This document shows positions 59,762-64,000 of a stretch of DNA of 64,000 nt, piece after piece. Source of the DNA: Torpedo marmorata (taxonomy: Eukaryota); contig OZ360220.1 in assembly GCA_977017645.1 (NCBI GenBank), positions 207,700,001-207,764,000 on the forward strand, given 5' to 3'. How positions within the stretch are numbered: the stretch's first letter is position 1; each line of letters begins with the position of its first letter. The translations under genes and the position numbers were made by a program. The notes below the pieces were generated by a model, which was not told where the DNA came from, ran no database searches, and worked only from the letters and a program-made list of their open reading frames with translations.

Positions 59762-61649
59762 TTCACTCGTCTTGTTCCACCGTCCTTCGAGCATGCACAA
59801 CACTAGCCAAATCAACAGTCCCCAATGGACTAGCAGCAGCAAATCCAAACTGTGTTCAAACTTGCCAAAGATACACAGAAGGAGTCCACAGACTTATGCC
59901 TACCACTTCAGATGACTGTAATGTGCTGCTATTAACAAACGAGTTTCCACCGCAGCATCCGTCAATAATATCGCTGATTTTCAAGAAATGGTTTCTCCAA
60001 CGTATTTATAGAACACTTTATTATAAGATTAGAAGCTCTAAATCCCTCTCTGGCTGTTATTCATGGCAGATGAATGTGGATTAAAAACTGCCCCTAACTT
60101 GAGGCATTTCCAAAATGGCCATCATTTTATTTTAAATATCAGTCCAAAGCACAGAGAGCTCATCCTATCTTCTTTCCTTCAATTTTATGTTCCAAACAAT
60201 AAGTTTTCATTGACTAAAATGTAGTGACTTCAATCCAATAAATAATCACTTGGAGACTAGGTGAGACTCTTGTTCTTGACGCGTTTCAATTAATTTACTA
60301 ACAAAGTCCAATATGTTCAAAATGTTTATTAACACATGATGACTTGCAGCAATCTTCAATAACTTAAATATCTTCTTTAACAAAATGTAAACAATCCTTG
60401 ATAACGATGCTTAATAACGATTCTTAATAACGTTCCTTTAAAACGATTCTTCATAACTTCCTTTAAAACGATCAATGAAAACTATGACGATCTCACACCC
60501 TCCTCTAGGTCGCCATATTCTATATATGTATTTCTACCCCGATTCGCGCTCATGCTCCACCATGCATGCTCCAGCCACTTCCCCACTGCGCATGCGCCCT
60601 TTGACACTCCCGCGCATGCGCAGAATAGTCAATAGGCTCATCACGGCCTACCAAACTCCGCGACTCCTCCGACACCCGCTGGATACATCAGAACGGCGCA
60701 ATAAAGGTAGGAACTGAGCCTATGGCTCTTACACAGCATTTTGAATGAAATTAGTCAGTCACCCTCAAGGACATTTCCTTAATCATAACAATAATGAATT
60801 TAGGCATATCATTTGCTTTTAACACAAATTAACTTGAAAGATAGCTTCTGGTTTGGAGAAGACAGTGAAGGAATATTTGACGTTAAAATATAAATTCCCA
60901 ATTTTGAAAATGATGTGTAGTAATGAAGCTTCCTGTCCATGATTTGCAAAGATTTAGGCATGTTTTGTTCTTGTCCTCCACATTAATTGCACGGAAGAAT
61001 GAACAAGACGCATACACCAAATTGCAGTTAAGTGAAGTCATTAAAAGTAAATCTTCATTTTCATTTCTTTAAAGTTTGCATATTCAACAATTTAACAACG
61101 AAAGACCTATTCAGCCTTCATTGCTTAAAATAATATGATGGTTGTTACAAATTACTTTGTATTCATTGCTTCTTTTTCTAATGTCTGTGTATATTTGCTG
61201 TTATAATGGGATTACAAGTTTAGACTGTCAGTAGTTTTATCAGCTAATTAATATTACTGGAAAATACATTTTATAGTGATAAAGCAGTTAATGTGTTTTC
61301 AAACAGTTACTTAACAATCTTATTAAGTCTTTAAATTTACAAATGGCTTTCTAACCTAAATTAAGGTGGAACCTTGTTCCTGCTCCTCCCAGTCTAATGT
61401 CCTTTCAATTTGTTGGTCTGGATGTTCAGAATCAGGATCACTAATTTTTGTCATGATCATGTCAAGAAATGTATTGTTTTGCAGCAGCATTACAGGTGGA
61501 AATATTGCTATAAATTACGATTTTAAAAAATTAGTGCAATAGAAGAGAAAGTGAGGTTCTGTCTGTGGTTCATTGTCCATTGAGAAATCTGATGGCAGAG
61601 GGAAAGAAGTGGTTATTGTACTGTTGGGTGTTTGTCTTCAGGCTCCTGT

Positions 61650-62440
61650 ACCTCAGAAAAGAGGTGGAAAATCTTGTGATGTGGTCTGAGAATAAGAACC
61701 TGAGTCTCAACATGGACAAGACAAAAGAGATGAGGTGGACTTTAGGAGGACCAGGAACGACTAGCCTCCACTACACATTAATAATTCACTGGTTCCTTGG
61801 AGTCCACTGAACAAGTGACCTCTCCTGGACACACAACATCTCCTCATTTGTCAAGAAGGCGCAACAGCATCTGCACTCCCAAAGAAGACTGAAGCGGGCA
61901 AGGCTACCAGCCACCATCATGTCAACCTTCTAAGTGAGCTCTATCGAGAGCATCCTGGCTGGCTGCATCACAGTGTGGAACGGTTGCTGTAGAGAAGTGA
62001 ATCGGAGGTCAATCCACTGGACTATAAGAGTGGGAGAAAGGATCATTGGGGCCTCCCTCAACCCCATCGATGATCAACCACAATCATTGTCTAACTGAGG
62101 ACCTCTGCCACAGACATGTTTCACCTACTCCTGTCGAGAAAGAGATACAGGAGTATCAGAGCCAGTACCACCAGGCTGAGAAACAGCTTTTTTCCAAGGG
62201 CTGTGGGAATGTGGAACAACTAAATGAACTGCTCACACCAACCATCTGAGACTCTATTATTTATTAAACAATATCTATTTATTTTTATATATGTATATTT
62301 GTCCTGCATATGTATTGCTTGTCTGTATGTGTGTTACGTCTGGTTCTGTGTTTGCATGTTTTGCACTGAGGACCAGAGATCACTGATTTGTCGTGTTGTG
62401 CTTGTGCAATCAGATGATAAACAAACTTGGACTTGAACTC
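61650..62440 (+). mobile_element. Degenerate Rex1/Babar-like LINE 3' fragment
   Basis: NLSLNMDKTKEM, KKAQQHLH, IESILAGCITVW, and an (AACTTG)-like tail. Confidence 0.7.
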
Positions 62441-63166
62441 CTTTCTGATTGTAGCAGTGTGAAGACATGGCCTGGGTGGTGAGTGTCCTTGAGGATAGAG
62501 GCTGCTTTCTTGAGATTCCGCCTCTTATAGATGTTTTTAATGGAGTGAAGACTGAATCCCATGATGGTGCCAAGTTCACAACTCTCTGAAGTTTTTTTCC
62601 TGTCCTGTGCATTAGAATTTCCATACCAGACATGCAACCAGACAGAATGCTCTCCATGGTATACCTGTAGAAATTTGCAAGAGTCTTTGGTGACATACCA
62701 AATCTCCTCAGACTCCTCACGATGTATAGATGCTGGCGAGCCTTCTTTATGATTGGATTGACATAGAGGTTTGTTGACCAGTACTGATGGTATGATGGTG
62801 TTGAAAGCTGAGCTGTAGTCGATGAAAAGTTGACAGATGTACATGTTACATCCAGAGCTGAGTGGAGAGCTAGTGAGATTGCATTTGCTGTGGAGCTATT
62901 GTGGCAGTAGGTGAATTGCAGTGGGTCCAGATCTTTACTTTGGTACATGTTAAATTTGGCCATGACCAACCTCTCAAAACATTTCATCACAGTAGATGTG
63001 AGTGCTACTGGGCAATAGTCATTGACGCAGCTCACTCTGCTCTTCTTGGGCACCGGTATGATGGATGCCCTTTTGAAGCAGGTGTGAACCTCCAGCTGCA
63101 GCAGTGAGAGATTGAAAATGTCCGTGAACACTCTGACTAGTTTGTTGGCACATATTCTCAGTGCCC
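62441..63166 (-). mobile_element. Rex1/Babar LINE fragment with internal deletions
   Basis: [32 protein letters not shown]. Confidence 0.82.
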
Positions 63167-64000
63167 TGTGTTGTGTTCAAGATTAGGTTCGATGGGTTCA
63201 AAGAGAATCAAGGCTGGACACGTGTTATCAACAAACAGTGGGCATTTTTTATGCACAGGGGAATTCACAAAAGGGCACACATTCACACAGGCTAATGCAC
63301 ATTGTTCACAGGCATGGTATACTGAGAAACAAGGGTTTAACTTCTTCAGCACCCACCACCCACAGGCACGGTATACTGAGAAATGAGGGTTTAACTTCTT
63401 CAGCACCCACCACCCACAGGCACGGTATACCGCATAACTAACGAGTACATACACATGAACCTGATCTCCAGAGTCACCGCTAATCAGGATCTGGGATGGG
63501 CCCAATGAATTGGCCCTCCGGAGCTGCCCGTGGCTCGCAGCCTGGAGTTCATTAATGGTCACAACTAACAAACACATATACAGCGATAATACACAAATAA
63601 CTACACATCGGTGTGAATAAATCACAGCTAATTCGAGGGTAAAACACACAGTACCATCAACTCTCTCTATCTCTAGCAGGCACAGCACACTAACAAACAG
63701 TAAATTAATTACAACTAACAGATATATCAAATGAACCTGGTTTCCAGCATTGCCCATGGCTCGGGATCCAGTATGGGCCCATCGCATTTGGCCCTCCGGA
63801 GCTACCTGTGGCCTGTAGCCTGGAGTTCAGTGATGGTCTCCATGCAGCAGCAGCAAACAAAGAGAGAGAGAGCAGAGACTGCACATGCTCGGCTTTTTCA
63901 ATGCAAGACCCATCCACGTGACCTTTGAGGACCAATCGTGCATCAGCCTCACCTGTGGGCAGATCTAACCCTTAATTGGCGTCTTCCGACTAGGCTCCAG
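63167..64000. mobile_element. Probable LTR interrupting the Rex1 fragment and running off the window
   Basis: Abrupt switch from Rex1 sequence to TGTGTTGTG..., followed by internal tandem repeats. Confidence 0.5.
63307..63430. repeat. 54-bp tandem repeat (~2.3 units)
   Basis: CACAGGCACGGTATACTGAGAAA...CAGCACCCACCACC. Confidence 0.85.

Larger units (their letters stand above)
55895..60733 (-). mobile_element. Non-autonomous BEL/Pao LTR retrotransposon carrying captured host sequence
   Basis: LTRs 55895-56682 and 60220-60733 (TG...CA), TSD CAGCA, three BEL-type Cys/His motifs (CLFCKGGHALEMC, xFSCLCKGHLSKNC, CNICDLKHPRMLH), protease AFLDPGS, and LIGSD...[10 protein letters not shown]. Confidence 0.92.

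Noticed and set aside
59151-59915. 254-aa Ser-rich plus-strand ORF
   Set aside because: Antisense shadow of the Glu/Lys-rich gag.

Overview
Vertebrate nuclear DNA, most likely from a cartilaginous fish (inferred from HE1/V-SINE-type SINEs together with CR1, Rex1/Babar, L1 and Penelope elements). It is intronic or intergenic, and no host exon could be called with confidence. Most of the window is nested transposable elements: a Gmr1-like Gypsy inside a Rex1 LINE and itself hit by Rex1; a young single-ORF Gypsy; a deleted tRNA-Leu Gypsy; a CR1 carrying a MITE, a solo LTR and an 8-kb L1-in-L1 composite; Penelope elements with minimal hammerhead motifs; and a BEL/Pao LTR element. The most notable item is the BEL/Pao element (55895-60733). 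Its RT, RNase H and integrase are replaced by an intronless segment I recognise as the host gene MIPOL1, and its Gag starts with a SAP domain. It has no tRNA primer site; the sequence there is complementary to its own LTR. The young Gypsy independently shows a similar self-complementary, tRNA-less primer site. All family and homology calls come from motif recognition, not database searches.
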